64,000 nucleotides of DNA, from NCBI GenBank assembly GCA_009859145.1, contig VRVR01000021.1:259656-323655 (forward strand), in the 5' to 3' direction. The stretch is from Andalucia godoyi And28. Lineage: Eukaryota > Protista > Jakobida. Made by a program: the position numbers and the translations under genes. How positions within the stretch are numbered: the stretch's first letter is position 1; each line of letters begins with the position of its first letter. Below, piece by piece: positions 46,801 through 50,237 of this stretch. A model generated the notes under the pieces. It saw only the letters and a list, made by a program, of their open reading frames with translations. It did not search any database and was not told the DNA's origin.

Positions 46801-47453
46801 GAATGCCAATCGCTGAAGTGATGAGCGAGCCCTTGTATGCTACAGCACCACCTCCAGCCAAAGTCCAACGCACATCAGCTTCAACAGCGGATTCGCCATC
46901 TTCGTCTGCTTCCGCTTCTTTGCCGTCATCTCGCAATGCCAGCAGTGTGGAGCCGAATGCAACGCCGGCAAGACCTTTGGATCCGCGGTCGACTGCATAT
47001 GGTCCGCGTCTGGATTCATCGATCTCACCATTGACCAAGCGCCCGATTGGCTATGTCCAGAACCCGGCCCACGGAATGAGATTGACGGAAATTCGTTCTG
47101 AACCGTTGTTCAATCCCGCCCCAGTTCCTGCTCCTGCTCGTGTCCCCGTTCCTACTTCATCTGTTCCGGCGGCCAAAATGCTTCCTCAGGGCGATGGAGT
47201 GGTGCGTCCGCATGGCAAGCCTACAGCAGGCTATGTGAAGAACAACGCGCATGGCGTTCACATCGACGATGTCGAAGTGTCTACTGTGCCGATGCCTGCA
47301 AAGCGACATGTGAAGAAGGACGATGCGTCATCTTCGGCTGATGGTTCGTTTGCAAATCCCGCTTTTGGGAAGGAGATTGATTTGGAATCGGACCGTCTAA
47401 GTGACATATCGTGGGACGATGCCGATGCTTCAGGAGATGACGCCAAGTCTTGA
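22872..47453 (+). CDS. Giant (8193 aa) cell-surface multi-pass membrane protein with a beta-helix-type ectodomain
   Basis: Signal peptide; >6000 aa of Ser/Val-rich beta-strand repeats; CGS..PC.SI..AL motif (~40980); GGA(I/L/V) Pmp-like repeats (~41260-43500); Cys-rich modules (~43836-44158); multi-TM region with FGVLYSSY..WYE..RR and PF...N..E motifs (44165-45320); Pro/Ser-rich cytoplasmic tail. Confidence 0.9.
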   Translation: MMLHRFSNHNRYSSLLAVLLFVLLLLHHRSLLVSSERWDATAGKAWAASTNNWNPKVIPNDFTKPVLFGALPNVGEIILIDAKYSAYSMTAWSTPASRKFSCSVALCGVTAAPTFGNFTINGWTFDGGSGAMTLALSDSPAASNFLSSGFAGSVSIAFSNTGLLTISPTTTLPTLSIASGTPLSLYSIANSPSVNSLTMTSAGITTFYGATLVTSVVQTGLGTFATVPGSLAITFQDSWQVLGSSPVFKFSTSMSIKTADLSIVGDINPSFVCDTLVNCNITASTIDFVAGSTVQLGAGFTLYLQALPYTDPAPLTFTGSGVLSLASTSVAVPTCSASNVQFSGSVSWGPCLQVTIGNLDLGTSGFSLSCPLQLNTKVTSSSQSAFVTASSVSVSSAAGSFVFANAAPLTMKSTVFMNGQSVSVMSDLSFPTLSITASQSWSCASAKCIITVGTLYLNGNVWILDSKTQLIVNSTITSSSGAYISVPLMFIGNSSSFSFFGSGSLQLSTLLSINTSTINTQPALQISTVNSMVLNYFRCSGTSTCSMEVGSMQVYSGSVSLDGGATLYLNNSLLSSGTFSVTGGSKVYLGSVLNSAFAISGVSKLLLQNPETIVRTSALTTSGDVYVDSLTVSGSQSWVCSGSVSSCRVFGGSVVASLTTWSIGSTLGFYANNSIQILSASTTIWGSSNIFLGNSSVSVFAISGLLYVRAQATLLSRSLSLNSDFLPDVLVLPMAGSGSGSQISCSVAVCRVVAGTVSTVSGTVSFAANVYLQLNSTLLTTDVSGSLSLWAGQLIFGNSSMFSVVNVGDLALKSSVISFRSSAFSFSGRVQADSVEVQPATQTWSCAVAGSCAVAMGELFLGSSILSATGVNEVIVNSSVSSVTGSQISVQQLRIGNSTSFRFSGSGVLRVVGPVAANVSTVYLTSAPSISTLQSMELAALVCSGTSTCSMEVGSMQVYSGSVSLDGGATLYLNNSLLSSGTFSVTGGSKVYLGSVLNSAFAISGVSKLLLQNPETIVRTSALTTSGDVYVDSLTVLSDQSWNCASVASCSVSLSRLDLGSFSLSWASDLHVLVNTSMSVASGFLSCGSPLTIGNVSNNFFFASTSSLRVSGSLVVSTQRVVASSSSFLLNVSSSVFGSQSSSVQNLTLRTSLLSFPAFSFLSPSVGIVDVVDVTVSDLVLSPLCSLSVGNLSVPSGMLILNQAALAVNLSMLVQTISVVHKGYLTTSAFTDVINVSKLSVSDQSVAVLKGTFHQSIPYGYCSNSSFLQIMEFSAVGGVSAFSTLRMESLCKLSIFSDVTFQNVLSFNSTTEVFAKSTVQLLSVFNNSVLLGDSQYTSAVLNFSGLNLVESVGLSVGNLNFVDENCDVSFSGGVNVTVSAVLSSSSPRVSTFGWFSITLLQDLPFQLAVQQDFSIHTNGSIRLSQRLGGSLSYSNMLFDGVVHCKGLQMIDVRNATFTRDSFVNGSLSVSNGYAVFFSVFNYSDISLMDSTASIVHTELDRAVPLVVSNKSVLSFSDVSRFPSPMFLSAFISNGSTVVFPPVSPTVLVVDLTLLASTMSWYGVSTAFSVLNTSDSRIAIGHSSVNVFSLTALNSTFVGLSNPTSCSILLNKTLDVGAANRLDMGCNLTLVAGLTLQDSGSFVLHNASSLFLQPYATVLLRRMNPLGSLFFSSSGNSLVVIPLSAQVVVDDCDGTLSIPIRSSGSLSVIGPSVLLIDNLWCSGPLSTVGVSSDSSVAFNQLLLSDFANFSSSSSSLSVGSMNVSSGILNLHAAAISVFSVQTALLNLDGIVSVQFLDLLKDSEFNVSSSNGQLSSNCSTGSLQFLMHSKIQLASGSRINTGCLILVDQSSVSSRAGSVSFRFYGPDGYLALLHNSSMDVVNTSMVISEDGLQGLTRLQVGSAESVDADYSGVSVGNGSIVSFDAGVSLSGTLDVGQCEVNILRNFRVANGTVFQHGFLESSSTVNVAGVLVVSGSRAQYVQQSGSISVSPLAFVEFQEKSLLRQESVFSLLLVHGFGVVRFVSSASFLSGQGVGLLNVTSNGAVFANTSTIVFGEVFVAGKNASLRITAPLDVLPACTIYATKVSVFADGVADFGDCASLIVAQSLLLSNSSVSVYGATVADFNVSGAGTRVLVGRSFRITRNSFVAPFSSLSVAYQLSTFANIFIGNLGQCSLSVEGGLSSMTVQSHALLLTECSLGANGSLHLDVSSSVVLSSAWIRMESGGSMTMSPGSEVAAAIPTSDSGIFVSSGSSSSTVDNGLLTINNASLAVPFVIEGNFTVCGSGATRLRKDGSVRGINGRLFLCPSVEVFMDDSLSIGGGATFTAGASSVVNVGALHNLSISNSTVSLDSNSQIRLRGDGLVFGNSSIVGNGSVVLYGSRLSVFGSDTISLYSLALPVDGSVFSVSSVLSGVSISQLSILTASVADMTNVTVSVFFGGVSLMNGGSLLLSNASAGTLSASDFDLYISKEFRVDNDITLNGNVSISGLKGCLLAGHANVTVSDAFVRMMCNLWFSNRLNVTNSVVSHGGSLNSSYAAGSFIAVRSVWNASEGHGWDVSASVVAEQSQLRLAASGTSRLGTSVSLSDSSVHFIGGDVLSGPWTMHSSVLSSPSCLSMSFSSFDIMNSTVSVGCRMLFSSFSNASMSELTFFSGGMLSNSLFLDRSVLTSNGSVYSGETKIQSSRMEVFDCDSVRVASIQARNSTIYSSCTLNVSSTLDLYSSGVGVSYGGLLAGPMSGNLSTLSVVGSVVADDVSLLDANMIVYGCLATTFSSLSVLRSQMVVNCSVSVQSLTSVSLSNFTVEFGNFSSSSSTLLSSALFVSGGSVQGGSAVWNVTTVQVLGCSKVQYGTLRIESTSVRIQCPFGISNELSASASNITVQSGGLTTGSVIGGNSQLLVNGTVLSGMTTWTSSNLVVRHCSLVSLQNAVFSDAFVDVDCSFSVLDFINASRSVVTVQGLSSVFSSGSLFSNSSSFHLPEAADILDFASVRDSYVSATSGSSLLRVSSLFAAGTVTVSNSQIVVSKFLNFSTSSLFMDNSTMDVAGLLTSNARLTIMDVGTRNSLLVLRSSSSSTFSSYFSESCSARFLLDVYAAGSISVQNCSLYSNMSCTVAGNLSLMQSNFSMDSGVFLGNGSVDLRGQSHSLFSLCNLTFNGSIMISDSSGFSAFGGELQLFGHTRLSANSTLFVSPSGSAQFGSLSAEKRSSVSFLSAAYPIVGTTDISESSTLQFSQCSKVTFAVVYVSTSSLISDCDILASAAASFVNASVSAAASTISVESAGAMALSAAVKFTNLLVNASKQLEFMQNTFLDLWNSSVALTGTHVSSSPSFMTSIRGFGFGSALLSSAVWMSNQSSLSLSNVEFVVLNSTLQLSEVSLSTASVRVAESSSLIFTNISVVQSTLNLSTSSSASVLRASLLSSLVDVASPGSLSVSSMLVLSNSSCAITGRLSLNSASAQVLTDSSLIIKFSALQDLSLDVLEVTRSTLSMSGVLSLQQRLVSLHSSPAFSVSAESIATSGLSLYNSTASVASSLLSAENLNVSFSQFSSTGQTNCTGVYLQASNYSSMGGAVFGNALFSTTGSVMIVDTAVTVANSSTVVSPMDLRLLNSSLTSAGSWKFDSDANITCLDTASSIKYSGITEGVSKRVSIRCTSTVSGAFSLFSNSSLYFTHLIVTGKLSLYNSSFVVASVLTGSGEIDFYRSSALMESTASVVFAGSVFERDSSTLVFANGSSVVSPLGRFYLSDGSTAVQNATSSVFFGTISSRDDGSIFRFRGSVLLTVSSVIARDGGVVIIESCRQYSFGEVDTNGNGLIALCGGSSSATLAVDNGVFEFCDPLILKNNASFLIGNGGNGSVIIRPTPSCPSASIVIEKGAQLLLQAQEVLLFVDVFINGYMQASSGNNTFVNSFFSNDSSSTLCTSSSLMTFSGPSTISGVTNFMSPFVNFGFSRSLFRGNLTVTGCLKMQRENAEFSEHYSSAVVSCIIVNDSTLLLNHTSFSVQSSFVSRGSSITIVWSNFSVPTIVSLQSSSGFSFNDSNILVPINSSWTVDASRVSLRSTYVEQHGYILISGNSSDVSLFNSTIGSSISEFDMSTCSFSSQFTKISISRVQLFNSRASFALSPVFAEILQFSGNSIMSSDSVVEMREAWIADGTLLGTGADAVFRVSSSLDLQMRLPVYLISAVLEVAGSGLVSGSSTLYFAGESSLNIKGNLTVASSVSFLSSSAQAISSMLVEKTAFLVVANSSFICEVPVFVTGQMSVNQNVSVVLRDLSLFGSVSVVGDPYVPTSMVLTGAFAGDGRIGLLNSYFTLSNASKVNFPGSLFAASSFLFAQSSNVTFFGNMSLRYGSKLDYRNVSLGTISLFSLFDNSSAVFLDSAVRDVDFLSVILAGNATMTLNYRNPSVSRISLHDYASLFVSASDVHMNDVSLSNHSLVDMSQVANSSIQSLYMTHAPSFIESTHSSIYNSIFMGGVFSCNGSARFENSSVFDVAERFELRSCVVDAFHSSVFRKGVVVLSDSALLRFFDSAVFLQGGIAATNDASHVIFAAGASAIVLDSSFYLFDCNVQVLGNLSVVHSVANFSAALNVSGYLQISSDSDVASVSSVYTEVGSVVSMMNSSLQIVRDSRLQGRLAISGSLLHFGPTSRSYGSGILEISEKSFFNVSGFLSMPNATFLVLNKSDVRLQQTSVVAEQFGSSMTLHNSAMEVHSHAPVRFSSLGLYAASSAVFSSLYDITGFFLETGGQSTIQTFDTLSFSVLSVLSGSVSCENNSMVTIQNASLSGESVGRFHNCPIVVNDFSVPSAIADLGFENSSIEITHQLRVSNSSFFLHCDTLSLVSLTSSWIIHEASSVIWNCSVKSAIGSHGSMLSSQVSLYGSYVFNGTIVIDSGSEVLVSSRVDANKNVSVFNSRFVLNTTASLSMFDQSMTVMNSSVVLLPGSSLFSDGRIGFEDSTFKAAGLMDVSTCSFEFVLSSANLTSSASAALLMGRSFSIWNSTLYSSMPKLDFVTFSAVGPLSALTMVSSHVSAVQCLLEDIGMWTIASSDVALTNVTLTSPGGIVSVRNSSIVVRNMLFAGAVVQCDNARVIYGQFVVSGIHSKFSTCRVSVENSTDFLTSSLLTLDNSTLWTHGLTRILPDVRIAGGRSSLILSDFGVFQGPGVVVDVDVFALNVSDVNVLHSVSVFGRVELHGRIFMNDSSSLLLHGGGSVLGTIAAAQNSSLNVSDCRLPLLFDVDSRVLGLPYLISVNCSLESKGYVDVDRLQSLASIINIRSTSTFISNVSSLTSSFLGDYGTLRMNQITGLHDRSNFVVGLGGVLRLPFNFSVSTSSVFVAVYDSTLLSQSHTSVVCIGANMSILAHQELAIEHLNVVSSHFVIGSNTSLTAAAVSVSSQSNVSISGSIKITDSFSFFSGRIYGTGFFRLYGASRLLSEGSKIFSATVVTVFGNMTFGAAEDLYLSGGSSLTIAMSGWLLYPTGVSVRPGDTLSGTLTIQGGLRGMGDNSSIAFEVPVDTARNASFLISYSSVTFDEAVVIANSVNQSSGQLIFNGGGSFVVVASDERPFVASSGLLRFAGSDSSYVVSYGYDVYSYGVLEFDAFQFTTTGNLFTYSTVSAYSGTINFGDFRSLDLSTIVLSQELNFVGGQTKIVGEIQLFGSLVVGSDNVVASMEFVAGGQLLRNELSILVRRLGTLSFNSDSEGSIVNVKSVKVQGTLNFNSGQNVQISDLYLAGGVVVADRDMLVRNSFIWEDGTLLGSGQTKNFGILNFTTDGFKFFDTRTILNFNYTEITGNPLFRFRRGAQFINNGTLNIRSGFILQAGTTDDASHVVNGKSGVMFVNPGPGGIFDCQSLVVNDGTIRIGAGVFQLSQGGFLRQDAGTLALNGGLLRVVSDSFVFGVQINGGSIQSPGTIEANVLNAYGLLDLSSTVNIVGVYEQDLDADMKVTINDRQLFGFLNVSASVWLRGSLIANVFNDSFVQENRDMTFVFMRYARIGQDVEPLMNDFRRILGCNGFLRADKFATSYSVTIIQYTEIGQLYVSSAQTASDASCCGSFEIPCKSISFALETVLDGKTIVLMPGVFRVGSPNTNVQITAPNKAFSIVAFSPQATVLDCESHGPFMIFSHQSVSALSGFIIRNCSSDQGGALRVISGAYPMISNMIFDSNRSPSGGAIFVEDATPMISNSTFISNSADNGGAIFISGAASRVSIFDAYMSENMADVSGGHVSVQNSGALEMQRSVLSKGYSVTSGGCFSCESASNCSFSETSFIMCSSFDGGAGSVVLASANLSACHFISNQALGTVLSDGAPTVGGGAMSLSEASFVCSSTVFSKNNATYGGCLFLLKLSGSTSLIRSSVFLDNIGTYGGAIYVYESAINIAGSQCSNNTALNSGGCVSASLSTVVVRLSEFLSNRASGLGGAVYVFRLDVGGFSIFDSQLSKNFGTLGGALAADTSPVVLHNCILDDNESVEFGAGLYLKSSQVDTTLCSLRRNKCQSSGGGIYVESGSTLAVNASSFEANQASVYGAGFYVSASSITLQSSVFLNQVSRFGGAGYAVSADTSVSNCSFANMTASSQGGSLFVIASTVKIVDSSFSTSSSQESGGGIHAISCTFTVTSSVFSTCSSGTGGAVFVDSSECVFNLTTLSANQATDGGGLFSVLSSVSMAQVTLQRNAVSNRGGGVYCLSSKIFDLSSSFFAGNNATSSGGAAYVEKCPATLKDSVLDGSSSPVGSGLHLVFGSTAKVTRSTFVGNQGDTGGGIYCDACSDLVVLNSSFIRNSVKKFGAGIADIRGVSVLTIQGTRFHENAAATRGGGLYLSDVSALVNDTEFTTQSAGEGGGLFFTLSSSSVGQLWLTKSTFQNNTASFGCGGGFCWDVLEPFYDNFTKQSMIGNTGVYGPNIGSAPKKLSTAMNVSQPQRSGEQFTEVLNVDVLDFYDQVVAIDNGTVVSVEPATLSTIISGARTAATVNGRATFSGIGVVAKPGSSVNIKFVQTVLDADSTSVSVSPCNAGETELESLCRSCASGFYNLNADLYCVPCPSEGTLCPGGNVTKSIADWWLWRYPNRVVPYRCPDKYCLADNICGANRIQSEDNVLCSRCIKDHINWGQDCVECTEVNGGLVFAAIVVCWAYIIVLLVVGQSDSGMFKIFMYFAQTLQLIIPTTVRNGFVDLLGLANLRVQESAGGACLAPLDFFGKSLFNVLIPLFLLFLLVLTWLLNAIWTAVEQRVKRAAKFLSMVVYYRSVSAASSYIWKEKMEYERTMTEEKRLEMVRTAAVNRSKRLALYVYTFAFLLLFSYSTISLTVLEFVNCRQVEDLTLVTSQPEVSCDSDSYRAWLTVYVVLLAVIVVGAPFLLLGFLLWSWRKQKLAEESFKMHFGVLYSSYRLKFFWYESVFMIRRTIITSFFVLFYDEPPTRSFTLACVCIVFLAVHVAMRPFLYIRDNIAETASLLAIAVIAGLASSEWLTAAPSSATVVFIIFVCLPFVVWGALGLYIVFAVVHVVVRKRQGRPLPADYYAPRLQGASKNVKYVYLSGNATRAKGIPFVIAEGASEDGSADASKPADKLDQGFAFRGLGADEMQEYSNPVYRSKAVMYSDDETSNNFDPRSMLPQYSKRRFGLYANPLFGRTVYVDNDQPGIVYQGGTLSPTLRPFVPQSNSASRHPGPPVPQFSRQSAQNASKTAQPALRTTQEPLLIRNSTQSAHGWFLNPLPLAKNAVVVVENSTPYGESAGEPHVILHGPTLLPDVTSEPKFALPPTVASSSPQSPPIPAIIGGTSFGAGTQKAAFYRNAAHGKDIDVDASADVVYSNNSSTPPSSNAASSLLSSTPPLLTSSLTSPSSSPPVSSSLLHPSNVNGSSSSTRLLSSSLPMPNPARLSQVSTSSSTSSAEFEAAVPKPLPSGPSFGRGIGRESVGYFKNAAHGQDLDFLEAPLPLAPPALIEQPSKKSKKTRKDSSSSSSRTFIGPPPSTSVFIGPRPSSVARPTEIRKAALMGNPVYGMPIAEVMSEPLYATAPPPAKVQRTSASTADSPSSSASASLPSSRNASSVEPNATPARPLDPRSTAYGPRLDSSISPLTKRPIGYVQNPAHGMRLTEIRSEPLFNPAPVPAPARVPVPTSSVPAAKMLPQGDGVVRPHGKPTAGYVKNNAHGVHIDDVEVSTVPMPAKRHVKKDDASSSADGSFANPAFGKEIDLESDRLSDISWDDADASGDDAKS
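24485..24767 (+). repeat. 283-bp perfect direct repeat, copy A (copy B at 25697-25979)
   Basis: Base-for-base identical by manual comparison; in-frame offset of 1212 nt. Confidence 0.92.
25697..25979 (+). repeat. 283-bp perfect direct repeat, copy B
   Basis: Identical to 24485-24767. Confidence 0.92.
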
Positions 47454-47773
47454 TGTGTTTGAATCATATATATACATATACATATTTAATATTTTATTTT
47501 GGTTTTGTTTTGCAATGAGGATAGTGATGGTGACGGAGACCGCCGTGCCACCCACCGCTCTTGACCATTGACGGAAAGAAGACAGCGTGTGTGCTCGCTG
47601 AACGGGAATGTATCCTCTAAATCCCCTCGTATTTAAGAGTGGAGCGGGTGGGATGATCAGAAAAATGCCGACTGTAGTAAAACCAAATGGTAAAAGGCAG
47701 CAGAAAGTCAGTGCCCCGCAAGTTGATTTTACTTAAGGTCAGGCATCAAGTGGGTACCAACTATCTTCACGCG

Positions 47774-47814
47774 AAACCCTAGCTTAACCCTGTTCTTCCG
47801 CGATTTCAAACCCT
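47774..47814 (+). promoter_or_regulatory. Cluster of telo-box-like motifs upstream of EFL
   Basis: AAACCCTA (47774), TTAACCCT (47784) and TCAAACCCT (47806), about 180-220 nt upstream of the EFL ATG. Confidence 0.4.
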
Positions 47815-47996
47815 TCCTCCAATCGTCAAAAACATTGGAAAAAATTTCTCCGCTTTCGCCCTTTGGGAGTTTTCGCTCTCTTTTCTCCTTTTCGTTTCAG
47901 TCCTTTTCTCTTCCTTTTCCTTTTCCTTTTCCTTCTCCTTCTTTTCCTCTTCTTGGTTCCAATTGTGATTTTTGGTTTCCTTGTTTACCGTTCACC

Positions 47997-49385
47997 ATGT
48001 CTGCCACTCAGGATAAGAAGCACATGTCCGTCGTCATCTGCGGACACGTCGACTCGGGAAAGTCGACGACCACGGGTCGCTTGCTGTATGAGCTCGGAGG
48101 TATCCCCGAGCGTAAGCTTGCCGAGTTGAAGAAGCGCGCCGACGAAATCGGAAAGTCGTCTTTCTACTTTGCCTTCTTCATGGACACGACCAAGGACGAG
48201 CAGGAGCGTGGTATCACCATCCACTGCCAGACCAAGGAGTTCTTCACTGAGAACTTCCACTACACCATCATTGATGCCCCGGGCCATCGTGACTTCATCA
48301 AGAACATGTTGTCTGGTGCCTCTCAGGCTGATGTTGGTATTTTGATGGTTCCCGCTGATGGTGGTTTCGGAGTCGCCGTCCAGAAGGGAGATCACAAGGC
48401 AAACGAAATCCAGGGACAGACTCGCCAGCACGCCCGTCTGCTCAACTTGTTGGGAGTCAAGCAGCTCATTGTTTGCGTCAACAAGATGGACGAGAAGCAG
48501 GCTGCCAACTACCAGGAGGCCCGCTACATCGAGGTTCGCGACGAGATGCGCAACATGTTGAAGGCCGTTGGCTGGAACAAGGACTTTGTCCAAAACAACG
48601 TCCCCGTTCTCCCCATCTCCGGTTGGGTTGGTGACAACTTGATCAAGAAGTCCGAGAACATGCCGTGGTGGAACGGTATGGACGTCAAGACCTATGACAA
48701 CGCCGAGACCGTCAAGGTTGTCACTGTGTTGGATGCCCTCAACAACTTTGCCCGCGTCCCCAAGCGCTCTGAGACTGCACCTGCCCGTGCCCCGATCTCC
48801 GGAGTTTACAACATCAAGGGAGTTGGAGATGTTCTGACCTCGCGTGTCGAGCAGGGATCTTTCAAGCCTGGTGATGATGTCGTCTTCGTTCCCTCGGGAT
48901 GCGCCGGACGTATCTTCTCCATCGAGATGCACCACAAGAAGGTCGATGCTGCCGTTCCGGGAGACAATGTTGGTTTCTGCGTGAAGGGTCTTCCCAAGGA
49001 GGAGAACGCCAAGCCCAAGGTCGGAGACGTTATGGTCCTCAAGTCGGACACCTCTCTCAAGGCCGCCAAGAGATTCACCATCCAGGCTCAGGTTCTTGAC
49101 CACCCGGGTGAGCTGACTGTTGGATACTGCCCGGTTGCCTGCGTTCGTACCGATCGCTCTGCCGTCCGTGTCGCCGCCATCAACTGGAAGATGGGAAAGG
49201 AGACTGGTGGACAGAAGGTCGAGAACCCCGCCAACGTCAAGGCCAACGAGGTTGCCGAGATCGTTCTCGAGCCCGTTCAGTCCCTCGTTGTCGAGCCGTA
49301 CGACAAGTGCGAAGGTCTCGGACGTGTTGCCATCATGGAGGGTAACGGAGTTGTTATGCTCGGAAAGGTTACCAAGGTTGAATAA
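47997..49385 (+). CDS. EFL: Elongation factor-like GTPase EFL (462 aa)
   Basis: GHVDSGKSTTTGRLLYELGGI, KEFFT..HYTIIDAPGHRDFIKNM, EFL-diagnostic QKGDHKANEIQGQTRQHARLLNLLGVKQL; strong C-ending codon bias typical of high expression. Confidence 0.93.
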   Translation: MSATQDKKHMSVVICGHVDSGKSTTTGRLLYELGGIPERKLAELKKRADEIGKSSFYFAFFMDTTKDEQERGITIHCQTKEFFTENFHYTIIDAPGHRDFIKNMLSGASQADVGILMVPADGGFGVAVQKGDHKANEIQGQTRQHARLLNLLGVKQLIVCVNKMDEKQAANYQEARYIEVRDEMRNMLKAVGWNKDFVQNNVPVLPISGWVGDNLIKKSENMPWWNGMDVKTYDNAETVKVVTVLDALNNFARVPKRSETAPARAPISGVYNIKGVGDVLTSRVEQGSFKPGDDVVFVPSGCAGRIFSIEMHHKKVDAAVPGDNVGFCVKGLPKEENAKPKVGDVMVLKSDTSLKAAKRFTIQAQVLDHPGELTVGYCPVACVRTDRSAVRVAAINWKMGKETGGQKVENPANVKANEVAEIVLEPVQSLVVEPYDKCEGLGRVAIMEGNGVVMLGKVTKVE

Positions 49386-49569
49386 ACTCATTTCCTCGTA
49401 CAGGTTTGAGTGAACACACATTGTCCTCATTCATCATGCATCATAAATTTCGTTGTCTTTCCGGTTCCTTGTTTGATTTCTTCTGCAACCCAGTCGCCAA
49501 GCGCCACGTTGTTGAGGTGGGGGGGGGGGATGTTTTTGAGAGCTATAATGAGATCTTGTGGACGCACAC

Positions 49570-49765
49570 GTACTCGGCGAACAACAGAATTAGAGGATCA
49601 CCAATGCGTCCCTTCCCAATCAAACGGATCGTGTTGTTGTTACCAGCGAAATGACGAAGCCGGCTTCACGATGCTAGAGAGTATCAGCCCCTGCTTGATC
49701 CCCGCATTAATAAAGTACCAGCTTGCAACCATCCAAAAATGATGATCTTCGGTGCGACTGATAGT
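49570..49765 (+). ncRNA. Candidate box C/D snoRNA, possibly U3-like
   Basis: AGGATCA (49594), ATGACGA (49651), CTAGAGAGT (49674), perfect ATGATGA (49739) and CTGA (49758), T9 run (49775). A canonical box A' is not at the expected spacing. Confidence 0.3.
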
Positions 49766-50237
49766 CATCTCTTCTTTTTTTTTCTGGCAGTAAAAGCAGG
49801 GCAATCATCGAAGACATCTTGTAGGACACACCGGCTGCGTTGCCACGACCCCAAAGTGGAGCGGGGCGATGCTGTGGAGCTGCGAATGCGGCCCAGTCAG
49901 AGAGGTTGAAGAAGACAGAAGTACAGCTTGACAAACATCGTCAATTAAACGTCTTGAATATCTTTTGAACACGGTGAGGACCCTGGCTGTGGATGCTGTT
50001 TGCTTTTAACTATGCTCCGGATTTGCGATGCTCCCCAACATGTCCCGAAGTACAGTTCATCGACCGTGCATGCATCGTATGCACGCATAGACGGGGGTGG
50101 AGGAAACAGCTCAAACAAGACGAGAAAACTGCAATCATATGCTACACACGTACAAACAACCGTGCCGAAATTTACATGACTGGTAATATTATTCAACAAA
50201 ATAATAATAATAATAATGAACACACAGACGGGAGGGG

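Noticed and set aside
47985-49430. 481-aa antisense ORF opposite EFL
   Set aside because: Shadow ORF expected from the strong codon bias of a highly expressed gene; no recognisable motifs.
49657-49670. Minus-strand 14-mer CGTGAAGCCGGCTT recalling vertebrate U3 box B
   Set aside because: The minus-strand boxes C and D are imperfect and the segment is palindromic; the plus-strand reading fits better and chance is plausible.
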